From Phoronis australis (taxonomy: Eukaryota; Animalia; Phoronida), in the NCBI GenBank assembly GCA_002633005.1, contig NMRA01000294.1, forward strand, positions 364,948-428,947: a stretch of DNA of 64,000 nucleotides. Reading direction: 5' to 3'. Within the stretch, counting starts at the first letter, position 1, and every line of letters starts with the position of its first letter. This document shows positions 1 to 13,340 of the stretch, in pieces. The notes below the pieces were generated by a model. The model was given only the letters and a program-made list of their open reading frames with translations, searched no databases and was not told the DNA's origin. Both the position numbers and the translations under genes were made by a program.

Positions 1-107
1 TTGTGTATGCTTCTGGTATAATTATCTCTCCGACAATGGTTCAGCAAAACTTAGCCTGACTGATTACTTAGCAAGTGTTGTTATTCTAGTTCTCTGTTAT
101 CGTGCAG

Positions 108-3100
108 GCATTGTTGGTGAGATAGAGGAAGGTGGTGAGGGTTACTATATATGGACTCATAAGAAGTTAGACATTGGTTACAACGGCAACCAGATTGTTG
201 ATGTGAATCTCACCAGCGAGGTCAAGGTTTTGGTTGACCCCTCCGTAAAAGTCAGCTTCACTTATGAAGTCAAGTGGCACAGGTCAAACATCAAGTTTGT
301 GGACAGATTTGACAAGTACTTGGATCCTAATTTCTTCCAGCACAGGGTAGGCATTCTTAGTAACGAGCACTTCAAGTGTCGAGTGTTACTGGCACACTTT
401 CCAAGGATTAGTTTAAACTAGAGGTGTAGCCTCGTTACCTTTTTACCCGAGTCACGGTGGGGGTGCAGTCTTAAAGTAGAACTTGCTTGCTGATTCCTTA
501 TCTTTCTGATTGCTTGGCCTAATTGATTAGAAACACAATAAAACAATGGTGTGAATGTGAAGTAGGTTTAAAATTGCCAAATGTTTTTAAGGACGAGTTT
601 TGTGGCGAAAATGATCTGCCGCAAATCTCTGAACTGTGTCCATTAAGTATCGGGACGTGTTGCCGAGGAATAACACTGCATGATGCGAGCTTTGTGAGCC
701 TGAGAGGTACACCATTAGTACAAAGGTCACCTATTTGCAGATTTTTTGTTTTCATATTTATAAGTTGTCAATGAACACAACTGCACTTTGTTTAGCGTAG
801 ATTATGTTAAAATAACATTGCCGTGTTCTTGCTATGCACTAGCCATTAGCACTGTTAGGAGCATGCGAATACATCTTTAAAGGATATCATATTGTTCTCT
901 CTTCTTATTTTCTGCCTATTTTAAGTTTTCTTCCTCATTTTACTTGTCATGAAATAAAACTCCAGACATCCAATTATGTTAAAGCTGAAAAAAATAGAGC
1001 TTTTGTTGGACTTTGATACCAAAGCACAACGTTGATGATTGATGTACTTAATTTCAGATTCATTGGTTTTCTATCTTCAACTCTTTCATGATGGTCATCT
1101 TTTTGGTGGGTCTTGTTACCATGATCCTTATGCGCACCCTACGTAAGGACTACGCCCGTTACAGCAAAGACGAGGAAATGGACGATATGGTATGTTGACT
1201 CCAACTGTCTGTTGTCAGTTTTTCTTCATGAACATATTAAACCTGTGATGTGGAAAATGCCGCCCCAGTCTGATTGTCAGTGACTGAGTGGCACATTTCA
1301 TCTGAGGTCTGATACTAATAAATACCTCAACATAAGTTTGGAAATTGTGTTCGCTCGTCTGTGTTTTCATTATCTTTGGTTTATTTTAATTGTGTTGCAT
1401 ACCTATGAAAACCTCAGGCATTCCCCTTCCCAACAATACCACATTTTGTTAATAATTTTTTTATGTGCTCAGTAACTTTGCTGCCAAAGGGGGGTTGGTC
1501 TCGAAGTCAATGTTGCAAATTTCCCTGTTTTTGCCAAGCAGTGTCACCACCATTGATGACATCCTAAATGTACTAAAAAATACACTGAGGCGATATCCTG
1601 CTGCCAGTGTCAATCTGCAGTCTGAAACGTATGCGACCTAATTCCATCTTCCAAGATGATAATGTGTGCCTCCACCGAGCCAAGCATGTGAGAGACCATC
1701 TGTGCCACGTGGTAGTACAGCAAATCGAATGGCCGCATGCAGCTCAGACTGAACCCTATCGAACACTTGTGGAACCAACTCCGACAGGCTGTACATGAGT
1801 GACTGACCAAAACAACCACTGTGGCTTATTTAAGGCGCTTACTGGCTCAGGAGTGGAATGCCTTAATGCAGCATTGCATTGCCAGGCGTGCGAAGAAGGT
1901 GTGTCGCTGTAGTGACTGAGAATGGTTCGTCAACCCGACTCTGAGAAGGATGTCACTGTTGTCTATCAGTCAGACCTCACTACAGTACTGTTTATCAGTC
2001 AGTTGTAATCAATAAATTTAGTGTTTACTTGTTGCCAAATTGCCATAAGTTTTTATTGCCATGGAACCAGCACTATATTTGCTGTCGAAAAAGCTGAATG
2101 CTCAAACTTGAATGCACATTTAGCTCCAACTGAAGTTGCAACATTCACTTTTGAGACCAAGCGCCTTCTGGCAGCAAAGTTACTAAGGGCTGTTACAGTA
2201 AAATCCGTGTGGGAGGGGGGGACGGCAGTAGAAATAAAAATTCATGGGTGGTGGTCTTCAGAAAAAAACTCAAATTATGGGTGCTCGTTCCTGTAAGAAG
2301 TGATGCATTAATGAAAGCGCTCCGAGGAGCGAACCTTGGCGAAATTAACCAAAAAGATGACGATAAAGATGATGACGAAGATGACGAATATGGCGAAGAT
2401 GGTGGCGAGGATGAACAAAAGAAGTTAATAACATACACATGACGAACGTAGGAGTCCGAAATCAGTAAGAAAAAGGCTAGTCTTGAGCGACACTTGGCGA
2501 AATTAAGGAAAAGACGGAGATGATGACGAAGATGATGACGATGATGACGAATATGATGATGTTGGTGGCGATGATGAACAACATCACAACATTCATATGA
2601 CGAATTTAGATGTCATAAATCATTAAGAAATAGGCTGCAGTCTAGTTCAATTGAAGCTAAACCAACNAGCTGGGTGCGCGCATGTTTGGGGCCGTGAAAA
2701 AGCCACTGTTTTGTCATGGGTCATTCCAAGCCCTGTACACACGGACAATACAGCGCAATGGACACCAGCATTACAGAGACTGACCATACAGTGCAATGTA
2801 CGTCAGTGTTGTACAGACTGACAATACAATGCATTGTACACCAGGGTTACACAGACTGACAATACAGTGCAATGTACACCAATGTTACTCAGACTTACAA
2901 ATCAGTGCAATGTACACCAATGTTACACAGACTGACAATGCAGCACACTGTACCCCAGCGTTACATAGACTGACAATATAATGCATTGTGCACCAGGGTT
3001 ACAGAGACTGACAATGCAGCGCAATGTACACCAGCGTTACACAGACTGACAGTTCAGTGCAATGTTCACCAGTGCTCTCCACACCTAGTTTTGACTCGTC

Positions 3101-6100
3101 ATTGCGTCGAGTTTGAGTTTTGTTGTGATGAGTTTTGCTTACTTGCATCGAGTTTGAAAATCTAATATGTAACAAGTTTGATGTATTGGGAGATCAGTTG
3201 TCTCTTAAAAGGGAATTGAGACATTTTGGACTTGGTAACAATTCAATGCGTTTAATCCAATACTTGATGCACGAATTCTCCACAGTAGGGACATTGACTT
3301 TCAAACATGTACTTAAATTTTGTAATTCTAGTAGAATTTGAATATTCTTTAGAAGAAAATACTGTACACCATCAGAAAGACATATAACTGGCCTAGCATA
3401 ATGCATAATTAAATGTGTCTGGCCTATCACATGTATGATTAAATGTGTCTGGCCCATCACAATGTATGATTAAATGTGTCTGAAATGAATTCTTTTTAGG
3501 GTGTAATGTTCTCATTGTAATTGCGCAGAATTATTGTTGTATTTCAACTGCTTCAGTCACTGCTCTCAATTTTGACTTGAAGGACATGAAGTATGCAGTT
3601 TACATGAACTACACAGTGTACCTTTGTTGTTGACAGGAGCGAGATCTTGGAGATGAGTATGGTTGGAAACAGGTTCATGGAGATGTGTTCCGACCAGCGT
3701 CACACTCCATGCTCTTCTCTGCTCTCATCGGTACCGGATACCAGATATCTACTGTTGCCCTCTGCGTCATTACATTTGCAATGCTGGGAGAATTGTATAC
3801 AGAGTAGGTTCTTCTGTACTTCACACACATTTGTATGTAAACCACAGACTGATGTTGAGAGCCGTTTAATTCTCATTGGTTTTCACTGGTTTTTAAGAAG
3901 CACATTTCCTAGTGCCAGTTACATTTTGGCAAAACTTTGAACATAAGGTACAATTATCATGAGCTCTGTAAGATTTGTACTTGTCAGTGGATTATTGATC
4001 TTTTTGAATATTTCCATGGGGATTTTGATTAACGTGCTTGTTTTTAAGCAAGCATTTTGCTTGTTACTTATTATCGTTTCTTGTGTTTAGACGCGGCTCC
4101 CTTCTCAGCACAGCCATATTTGTGTTCGCTGCAACATCGCCAGTCAACGGCTATTTCGGGGGCAGTCTGTATGCCAGGATGGGAGGTAAAAGACAGTCTA
4201 TGCATTACTTCCACTTGAGAAATATCTGAACTTTATACGTCAGATTCTTGCTGCAAAACCTCCACTGTAGGAAGTTTCAGCAGTGCTTCAATTTTAACTT
4301 AACTAATGCATTTTTCTGTCAAGAGTTCTTGGAGGCATTACACAGGTGGTGAGGCTACCTAATACCTTGTGTCTTCATTCCTCTGCTGTCTGAGGACATC
4401 TATGCTCTGGAACTCACAAATTGTCTGAACAAATCTCACAAATAGTCACTTACATGTGCCCCGGATTTTGAGAACCAGTTTATTGTCAGTTATTCTGTAG
4501 AGAAAACTGGTTCTCAAAATGCAAGACACAGTAAATGACTTGCCATCGCGAACTATTGAATCAAGCATGAAAATGTGTGAACAATCTGGAAACTCCTATA
4601 TCCACATTAAGGTTAGCTTTTGCACACAAACCGTGCATTGAGTGCTACCTACCAGTAGTTTGTGCTGTTCAACAGGAGAAGGGTTGTGTTCATCTGTGAA
4701 GAACTGTTTCTTTTCCCTACAGGCAAAGTGTGGATTAAGCAGATGTTATGTAGTGCCTTCTTGCTCCCGTCCTTGGTCTGCGGCACAGCGTTTGCCATTA
4801 ATTTGATAGCCATTTGGTATCATGCTACAAGAGCCATTCCATTTGGTACTATGGTGAGTTAAAAACTTGTGTTGCCTTATGTTTTACGTGTTGCCTCATA
4901 TTCCACTCCCTAGTTTGTAAATGAATGGTTGTAATCTTAAAGTGAATTCTTTAACAGTCGTCGTTACTGCTTAATCTGTCAAGATTGCATTGTAGAAAAC
5001 TTGCTTTTAAGTGTGTTGATACCTTCTTCAGGTAAATCTGTTTACTATGTGAGCCACAGCTCAGGGTGACTCCCAAAACACAGAAAAGTCGTAGGGTTTT
5101 TGCGAGTTGCAACCAAATTTTAAGAAATTGGACAAATGCGAATTGGCCTCTAATTCTAACCTGGGAATTTTGTCAAGTCGCATTTCACTAATTGATGTCA
5201 TACTAAGCGTGGAGCCGTGTTCACTAAGCTATCTTTCGGTTTCAGGTTGCTGTGACATGCATCTGTCTTTTTGTCATCCTGCCTCTCAACTTGGTCGGTA
5301 CTGTGTTGGGACGGAACCTTTCTGGCCAGCCTAACTACCCGTGTCGCATTAATGCTGTCCCACGGCCAATTCCAGAGAAAAAATGGTAGGTTCATGGCAG
5401 TGTGCAAGATCATGTACACTTACCAGGTCTAATCACTTTTTCCTGGAGATAATTGCGTCATGTGATCTTGATGTGTATTCCGTTTGATGTACACCGTTTT
5501 GATGTGATTGGATAGTTGTAACTGAGGCTTGCGCTGTGTGTCCACACTACATTATAATTGTGATACTTTACAGGTTCATGGAGCCAAGTGTCATTGTTTG
5601 TCTTGGAGGCATTCTACCATTTGGTTCAATTTTCATTGAAATGTAAGTATACTTACTGTCTATACACGTATTTCTTGTGTTATTTCTGCCTCTGGGAGGA
5701 ATATTGTTTGCAAACGATTGTGTTAGTCATATTCTGAGAACCTTTCAAATTGGCTCACTTGCATAGAGTGTTGTTATATGAAAGTTTAGAAGTCCTTGAA
5801 AAAATTGGGAACGTTTTTGAACAATAACAAAGGTATCATTACTGCGACCACTTTATATTATTTTGTCTTCACTTGATTTTGGCAATTTACATCAAAATTT
5901 GAAAAAAATGTTCCGCGCTGCATACCTCTGTACGCATGACTGAAACTCAACCGTGTCTACTTTGCAGGTATTTTATCTTCACCTCATTTTGGGCCTACAA
6001 AATCTACTACGTGTACGGCTTCATGCTACTTGTCTTTGTCATCCTGTCCATTGTCACCATCTGTGTCACCATAGTGTGTACATACTTCCTGCTCAATGCT

Positions 6101-9100
6101 GAAGACTATAGATGGTAAGTGATTCTGTTGTTGGTCATGATCTACTTGGCCATGCAGCTGTTGTTTGCAATTCTTATTACAGGCAGTGTCCTGATTAAAA
6201 CACAACATGACAGATAAGAGAAAACCGGAAATGTGATGGGACGTCTACTTTGTTAACAACATTGTTACCAATGCATATTTGGTCCAAGACTCTTGGATAT
6301 TAACCAGTCCTGCAGTTTGTTTCTCGCAGTGTCCGGCGAAAATTAGCCTACCCTGAGGTTCATTCACGTGGTGTGATTGGTCAGATGAAAAGTGACGCTC
6401 CTGTCACTTATTCACATGTTGTGGTTGGTCAGATTTTGAGTTGAGCTATGAGTAAATTACTTGTATGTCTTGGGCCCTGATGGGTTTCTGTGCTGGCTGG
6501 GCCATGACTAGTATCTACACGTGACTTTCAAGCCCTCATGAGATTCTCATCAAGCAGATTCATGTGCTGAAGTGATTTAAGTAATCTTAAGTTGAAAATA
6601 TCTGTTTACAAACAACAATTACAGGTGGTTAAAAACTGGTGAATTATATTTGTGTATCAATCCATCAATTGTTTTTGTTGATGATAGCTTTAGTATATCA
6701 TTGTGGTTGGTCAGCAAGACAACCCTGTATTGTGACTTAGAATTGTTTTTTGTTGTTCCAGGCAGTGGACCAGTTTCTTAGCTGCAGCATCAACAGCTGG
6801 CTATGTCTACTTGTATTCCTTCTATTATTTTTTCTTCAAAACAAAGTAAGTTTCGCTGTTGTCTTAAGTTGTTTATCTCAAAATTTTAATGTTTATATTT
6901 CAATGTCATTTAAGCATCCTTTTTTCAAAAAATGACACTATCCAGAAAACCAGCTTGTTTACCCCCAGTGCCATACAATTTGCAATTAGCAAGCGAATTT
7001 ACTTGACTTGTGTGTACATTTGGAAGGTTTGGTAAAAAACATTGACCAGACAAAAAAAATATAATTTGCCTGCTCTTTAAACTTTTTAGTTGGTTTAGGT
7101 TAAGGTTATCTCAAACTTTAGTGGCCTCCATTCTAACTCATATATCCAAAAAAACTTAATAGCTTTGTCAACTAGAAAAAGTATATATTTTCTAACAGAA
7201 CAAAGATCAGGAAATATCAAAATCCTTTTTGTATTTATGTACCATTGTTATTTTAACGTAATACCTTTTTTAAGTCAAAATTTCATTATTATGCGCCCAC
7301 ATATTTATATGTGGTCGCAAATTGCTGTCGTTTCTGTCTGGGCGTCCGGTGTCCGGCTTCCGCAGCTGTATTTCTTAAACCCCTAACAGGACCTTGATGA
7401 GGTTTGGCAGACATGTTCTTATGAAGCTGACGGCAGATGATGACACATTTCAGACCTCTCCGACTACAGGTGTGCCCCCTAGTGGAAATTTATTTTTTTT
7501 ACGATTACCTCTGTATCTTCGGAAGTCCTCAACGTATTTTCATGAAATTAGGCATTTATGCATATATTGGTGAGATGATGCTATCCTCCCATTTTCGAAT
7601 GGATTCAAGTTGTTTTGCACCACCTAGTGGCCATTTTTACTATTTTCAAGTCTGTTTTTGGCGTCCACCCTTCTATCAATCAAACTGGTCTGGGGATGAT
7701 TTTGAAAATTGACATATACGTTCTTACTGTGAAGAGGGTGGCTGACTACTGTGGCACCTCCTAATGGCAATTTTGTTAATTTATGCGCCCATGGCTGTAT
7801 CTCCTAAATGCTCTACATGATCTTTATTGAATTGTACTGTTGTATTTATATGATGTTGAAAGCTGAGTAGGACGATGCTTGAATGAATTGTACTATCGGT
7901 GTGCCCCCTAGTGGCAACTTTTTGTTTACTGTATCTTCAAAGGTTTCTAAACGGATTTTCATAAAGTGTAGCAAAAAGGCATCTATTAGTGAGGTGATGC
8001 TATCCTCTGGTTTTCGGTTGAATTCGAGGTATTTTGTCCTACCTAGTGGCCATTTTTACTGTTTTCGAGTCTGTTTTTCGCATCTGCCCCTCTGTCAACC
8101 AAACCACTCTAAGGATGATTGTGAAAATTGGCAATGTATTTTTCTAATGTGAAGAGGAGGGCTGATGACTTTCCAACGACTTCGATTACTGTGGCGCCTC
8201 CTAGTGACAGTTGCGGTTTTTTTTTGAGCCCATAGCTGCATCTTCTTAACTCTCCGCAGGATATTTAATTAAGTTAAGCAAATGTGTCTGGCGAACGATA
8301 TGCACCCTAGTGGCAATTTCATCTTTTTTCTGTTTTTCTCTGTTTCTTTGAAGTTCCTTTACAGATTTTTATGAAATTCAATAAAGAGCTTTCTATTAAA
8401 AACCAATGGCATGTTCCCGTTTTCGGATGGTTTCGACGTATTTTGCGCCATCTTTGACCTTGGATAAGTAGTGAACAAATATCCACGTGGTTGTGCGGTT
8501 CCAAGGTGGTTCTGCTCAATCTTTTTTTCTCGCTACGCGGTATATATTTTGTACTTGAAGTTCCCCGAGAACGAAGACAAGGTACTTCTCTACACACATG
8601 ACTGCGAAATATTGTAAAAATGGCCAACTTTTGTGAATAAGGTTTGAGATATCCTTAACAAAAGATGTTGCCCCAACAGTTTGCCAGGATTTACATGTCT
8701 TTGTGTTTTGTTGATTTCAGGATGTATGGGTTATTTCAGACAACGTTCTACTTTGGTTACATGGCTCTGTTCAGTTTAGCTCTAGGCATTATGTGTGGTA
8801 AGTATGGCACAACCTGGTCATGTTACGGCCCGGGCTCTAATCTTTTTACTCCAAGTTGAACTCAAAATTTCTTTGCTGTTTTGCGTCCTGCGAATAAACA
8901 ATTTCAAGATCATAAGTAAATGGCTAATGAAGTAAGAAACGGTAAGGTTTGTGCTTCATTCATTTATTCGTGCCCGAGTTTACAAAAGATATTGTGAATT
9001 ATACTGCATGGCGTGACGTTCAATTGTTTAATCAACCATAGCCCTGCACCAAAATGGCGATATTGAATGGAAACCAGTCTCACATTCGTCTGCATGGACT

Positions 9101-10538
9101 GGATTATACATTGTCTGCTACGCCGGCCAACACCGATAATAACTGATTTATGTTTAGCAAGACGACATCAACAGAGGTTTCGTTATCAGGGCTTGGAATT
9201 TTCCGCGGAAACGCGGATTTCCGCTTTTTTCAAGTGTTCTGTCCGCGCATTTTATTATATTTCCGTGTAAAAAAATCGAATTTGACATAAAATTTCCGCG
9301 GCAAATTCCTTTCTTACCGCGGCGTTGCCGACGACGTTCACCTCGAAAAACGGAAGTTGTTTCGGAGGAACGTAAATTGTCAACATTGCCGGGGCATCTG
9401 GGATAGCGTGGTGGGATTTTCAATGTCGTCTCGTGTGATTGTAAACCGCAGTGACAAATACTACAGCTGTGCAGCCAAAAATGTATGGGAGTGGAAGTGT
9501 AGGAGTGGATGGACGAGATAAAAAGACGCAGACGCATGCTACTGATGGTGGTAATGTTTTTTTTTTTAGTCCTACCGATTTTTGTCGGCGAAAGGTTCAC
9601 ATCGACTATTTCAAGGCTGGGTAGCGCATGTTTTGGGCCGTAAAAGTTTCCGCGTTTTTTGTCATTGGTCATTCCAAGCCCTGCGTTATACAAATTAGTT
9701 TATTACATTTAAAAAGTTCAAATATTTTTTGTTCTACGTTCGTCATGTCGTAGATGATTGAACACTTTTTTTTTGTACTCAAGTGCGTCTACAACTGTGT
9801 CTCAACAGAGATCACACTATGCCGGCCACTTCATTGCCAATTTGTCTTGCGAAGTATCCTTTACCCCAGATACTTCCACTACATGATGCTCAGATTAAGG
9901 TCTCATCTGTGATGAGTAAACTTGTATAATGCACCAAACTGCACCCCCCCCCCNCCCCCGCTGGGAGGATCTCACTTCATCCCATGGCGCTTCTGCGTCG
10001 AGCATTCACCACCACGCTCCTTTCGACCCACTTCTCATTTTCGTGTGTGGCAACGGGCAACCCCCTTTTGGTCATTCACCACCATGCTCCTTTCAAAATT
10101 TCAAAACCCAGGGGAAACCCTATATATGATTCCAAAAATCCATTTTTGCCTTCTTGTCGTATATCAGAAGTGAAATTAGTTACAATAATTCGACTTGACA
10201 AATCCAGTGTTTCAGTATTTCTAACTTGTGATGTTTGAGTTGAAACATTGACGCCATTACCTGAAGCTTACACAGTCCGGCTCTGAAGCTTATACAGTTC
10301 GACTCTGAACCAGTAACAAACCTAGAGGTGACTTTTTAATGAGCTGAGTGAGGAATAGAATGGAGTGATATATTCGCCCTAAATCAGTAATTTATTTTCA
10401 AAAGCACACCTTTAGCGCCGCTAGAGGCTTTTGTTTACATGTGTTACACAGTTTACTCATTGGTTTTCAGGCACATTCGGCTATGTTGGAACAAGTTACT
10501 TTGTTAGGAAGATCTATTCAACAGTCAAGATAGATTAA
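108..10538 (+). CDS. TM9SF3: Transmembrane 9 superfamily member 3 (EMP70/nonaspanin); 5' exons lie upstream of the window; 11 exons present
   Basis: GT-AG exons at 108-346, 1058-1189, 3637-3803, 4091-4185, 4723-4853, 5246-5385, 5574-5642, 5968-6114, 6762-6845, 8721-8797 and 10471-10538 (TAA) splice into one frame: GIVGE...[63 protein letters not shown]/..[31 protein letters not shown]/..[12 protein letters not shown]. This matches TM9SF3 as I recall it and ends in the KxD COPI-binding motif of TM9 proteins. Confidence 0.97.
1320..2060 (+). mobile_element. Degenerate Tc1-family (DD34E) transposon remnant in a TM9SF3 intron
   Basis: About 1550-1945 translates, across frameshifts, as ..[24 protein letters not shown](A)CSSD(L)[26 protein letters not shown], i.e. 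the QDDN...[12 protein letters not shown] catalytic signature of Tc1 transposases. The element ends are uncertain. Confidence 0.8.
2290..2734 (+). mobile_element. 3' fragment of the CAGGGCTTGGAAT-TIR DNA transposon family, with a duplicated acidic GAT/GAC-rich segment
   Basis: The end GCGCATGTTTGGGGCCGT...GTCATTCCAAGCCCTG matches the right end of the 9187-9683 element. Two diverged copies of about 160 bp of a GAT/GAC-rich segment lie at about 2335-2640. Confidence 0.6.
2735..3075. repeat. Minisatellite, unit of about 38 bp
   Basis: About 9 diverged copies of ACACAGACTGACAATACAGTGCAATGTACACCAGGGTT. Confidence 0.9.
4456..4530. mobile_element. Tiny hairpin MITE of about 70 bp; other copies at about 25555-25627 and 36966-37036
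   Basis: GTGCCCCGGATTTTGAGAACCAG...CTGGTTCTCAAAATGCAAGACAC has inverted arms; three recognisable copies occur in the window. Confidence 0.65.
7104..8654 (+). mobile_element. Non-autonomous Kolobok-like element (TTAA TSD, GG..CC ends) with a nested HINE
   Basis: TTAA|GGTTATCTCAAAC ... GGTTTGAGATATCC|TTAA. Both end regions match the 38894-40297 element in inverted orientation. It is interrupted by the 7289-8455 repeat. Confidence 0.75.
7289..8455 (+). mobile_element. Helentron/HINE (DINE-1-like) non-autonomous element, copy 1 (3'-truncated)
   Basis: Starts TTATGCGCCCACATATTTATATGTGGTCGCA (sub-terminal repeat plus hairpin), has a GTCC-like tract, then subunits of about 140-150 bp each containing CC(C/A/T)CCTAGTGG. 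Homologous to 29665-30832 and 47685-49405. Confidence 0.7.
9187..9683. mobile_element. hAT-like MITE with a 6-bp TSD
   Basis: 13-bp TIR CAGGGCTTGGAAT / ATTCCAAGCCCTG, flanked on both sides by CGTTAT. Confidence 0.85.
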
Positions 10539-12414
10539 GCAGATCCTGTAAATAGAAGGGGAAAATCCTGGAAACTGAACAAGTAAAAGGTCCTAGCAAA
10601 AATTCTCTCTACCCCTCCTCATAGGTGGGAACCGATTGGTTGGAGCTAAGGTTTTGACTTTCCATTGCGTAGACTAGTATTCACTGTACATCTGGTGTAA
10701 GTGGGACTGTAGGTTGGAACAACTTGAATTTGGTTGCTGTAGTGTCTCCGTGATTAATTCTAATACTTAAACCTGTGATAAGTTATAAATGATAATTTGC
10801 TACTAGCTTCTACCTTGGCTTTCCACACAGTCCGTTATTAGAGGTGAAGGCTCAGTCTGTTATTAGGGGTCAAGGTTCATACTTGTGTATTTCAGACAAA
10901 TGAGCACAGTTATGTTGTTATGCAGCAGGCATGATGTCTGGCCACCTGCAATTTTGTTAAATACAGAATATTGCTGCAGTGAAGTGAATGATACTGGTGT
11001 ATTTATCTTGCATCTCGATTAATGTTTCAGTCATATTTGTCTTATTGTTGGTGATTTTCTGGCTTTTAATTTTTCATCTGTGTTGCATTGCTTCTATATG
11101 TTTAAAGCACCTTTATAGTTTTGTATTAAAGATACAAATATATCTTGAGAATATATTACTCCTGCATGGATTGTACCAAGTATTTTTTCAGAGTGCACGT
11201 TTCCTATTCAAATCTTTGCACTAGCCAAAAAGCTCTTAAATAAGCTTGCATAGACCGGAACTTTTTAGGCTGTGTGGTTTTGTCTGAGGATGACTATTCA
11301 AAATTTCCAGAAACAAAATGCAGGTAAAGTGGTGATGTAACTACCGGGTATGTGTAAGGGAACTTGTCAGTGCCACCTGTTGTGACATCAGTGATATGTG
11401 TTCAGTTGCGTGGTTACTTAGTACTGTAAACTATAATTCACTGGTGTCCTGATCAAAGCTGGAAATTCGGCCTGTGCAATTTCAAGTGTTGGAATGTGAT
11501 TGTAAATGTACTACTATTGTTAAGTTGGTTTAATGTTTATTGTGTAGTGTTTCTACACAGCTCTTGTTCAATTGGTCTTTTGTACATATAAAATATTTAA
11601 GTAAATGATCAATTGTTGACCTGTGTAAAGCTGCCTTGCAGTCTGGAGGGCCCTGAACCCTGTGTCCTGCACTGAATGCAGGTCTTTTTAATATGTTAAT
11701 GTTAGGGGAATATCAGATGTTCCATATGGTCCGCAGCTAGAATTCTTAATACACTGATATGACAAAACCTGTGTTGATTGACATAAGAACAGGAGTGAAT
11801 TGCATCATTGGAGTTGAGAAAAACATTTATCAAATGATGTGTGAACTATTGGAGATACTTGAAATATGGTATGTGTTAGTTGTTCACTTTTTTGACTATT
11901 CAATCTAAAATTTTGCAGGCTAGACTTTTGATACATCAGTCCATGAATTTTTGTTTTCATTAACTGCAACTATTTGCCTGTTGGTGCAATTTTGCAAGTC
12001 TGGTGCTGTGTATTTGCACTTCACAATATTTTGTTCATGAGACCATTCTGAGGTAATGCAGTCTGCATATTTGCAAAGGTTGGATGTTTCATGTGTGTGC
12101 TAATCAGTACTGCATATCCACTCTACTCCATTGGTGCATCTTAGAATTCACAAGTCAATTTTTTCATTAATATGGCGTGTGGCAACATTGTAGTTTAGGG
12201 GATCGACATTCCTTGTGCTATTTTTGGAGTTTCTTACAAGGGTAATTATAGCTTAACCTGACTGGATGTTGGAGAAGTTTGGTGCATTTGTACATACACT
12301 CTTGTTTCAATGTCATAGTTATGTATATAGTTTTTGTGGAGTCTCAAAATCAGTGGCACAGGTTAAAGTAATGGACATACCAGTTGCCAACAGAATGATT
12401 GGTCTTGTAGCTTA

Positions 12415-12420
12415 AATAAA
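12415..12420 (+). terminator. Candidate polyadenylation signal of TM9SF3 (3'UTR of about 1.9 kb)
   Basis: AATAAA at the end of a long TG/AT-rich stretch with no obvious repeats after the stop codon and before the TE-rich intergenic region. The position is inferred. Confidence 0.45.
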
Positions 12421-12770
12421 TTATTTTGAAGCTCTGACACTGTCCTTATATTATACCTGATGTAAACACACTTACGGTCTAAGACATCAACTTGTACGAC
12501 CATTTGTCAGCATAAAACAGTACTTGGCTTGTTCTTTGCTCAGCTAAGAAATGATTTCTGAATCTGATCTTTGGAAGAACTGTCTGTTGTTACTTGAGAC
12601 CATGTTCAGGGAATATGACTCCCCCTTGCTGTGCCAAGTCTGTTGGCCTTTCAGGCTTTTCTACTTCCGCCCAGAAATTTTGCGGATTTGACGGTGAGAA
12701 AGACTGCTTATAACTTGATGTATTGAGTAATGGTCTATTTTGCATGATCTCTGTGAAAGATGATGAAACG

Positions 12771-12967
12771 CAGAGGCAGATCTATGGGGGGGGGGGCGGG
12801 GTAGGATCAAAAATTAAAATTAAAGAAAACGTCCCCAGGAAACGAAATCAGCTTAAAGAGAAAAAAAATCTTACATGGGAGGGGAAACCCCCTCTCGGCT
12901 CTACGCACCTCGGATTTGCTCGAATCCTAACCCCCCCCCCGTTAATGAAAACATAGATCTGCCACTG
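12771..12967. mobile_element. MITE of the CAGTGGCAGATC-TIR type with a 5-bp TSD
   Basis: CAGAGGCAGATCTATG ... CATAGATCTGCCACTG; flanks AAACG and AAATG differ by one CpG-type change. Confidence 0.75.
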
Positions 12968-13340
12968 AAATGAAAATGTCTTCGAAGGAATTTCTGGACG
13001 AAAGGGCGTTTTTACCTAATTTCCCCGGAACACAACCCAGCATAAAGCAAACGAGACCATACATGCGAAAGGGATGCAGTTCAACGCGATAAAGAAGGGA
13101 CAAATACGCCTATGAAGACAGTTGTTTTTACCCCCTGAACATCTTCCAAAGTCACAGAAGCATGAAAGCCGTGTTTTTGTTTCAAAGTTTATTGGTTGTG
13201 GTTCATTGACGTCTGATTGATCTGTAAGCCGCAGGTCGTCTTGGAGAACCAATCGCATGTCTTGTTCATTGCTGGACACTCGGAATAAACTAAGTACTTT
13301 CATACAGTCAAGTGCATGGTTCACAGAGATTATTCGTCTA

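Noticed and set aside
2193-2640. Acidic D/E-rich or S-rich ORFs as a gene or extra TM9SF3 exon
   Set aside because: Low-complexity duplicated segment next to a TE end; the flanking TM9SF3 exons already join in frame.
9154-9693. 179-aa minus-strand ORF
   Set aside because: It coincides with a 497-bp MITE and shows no recognisable motif.
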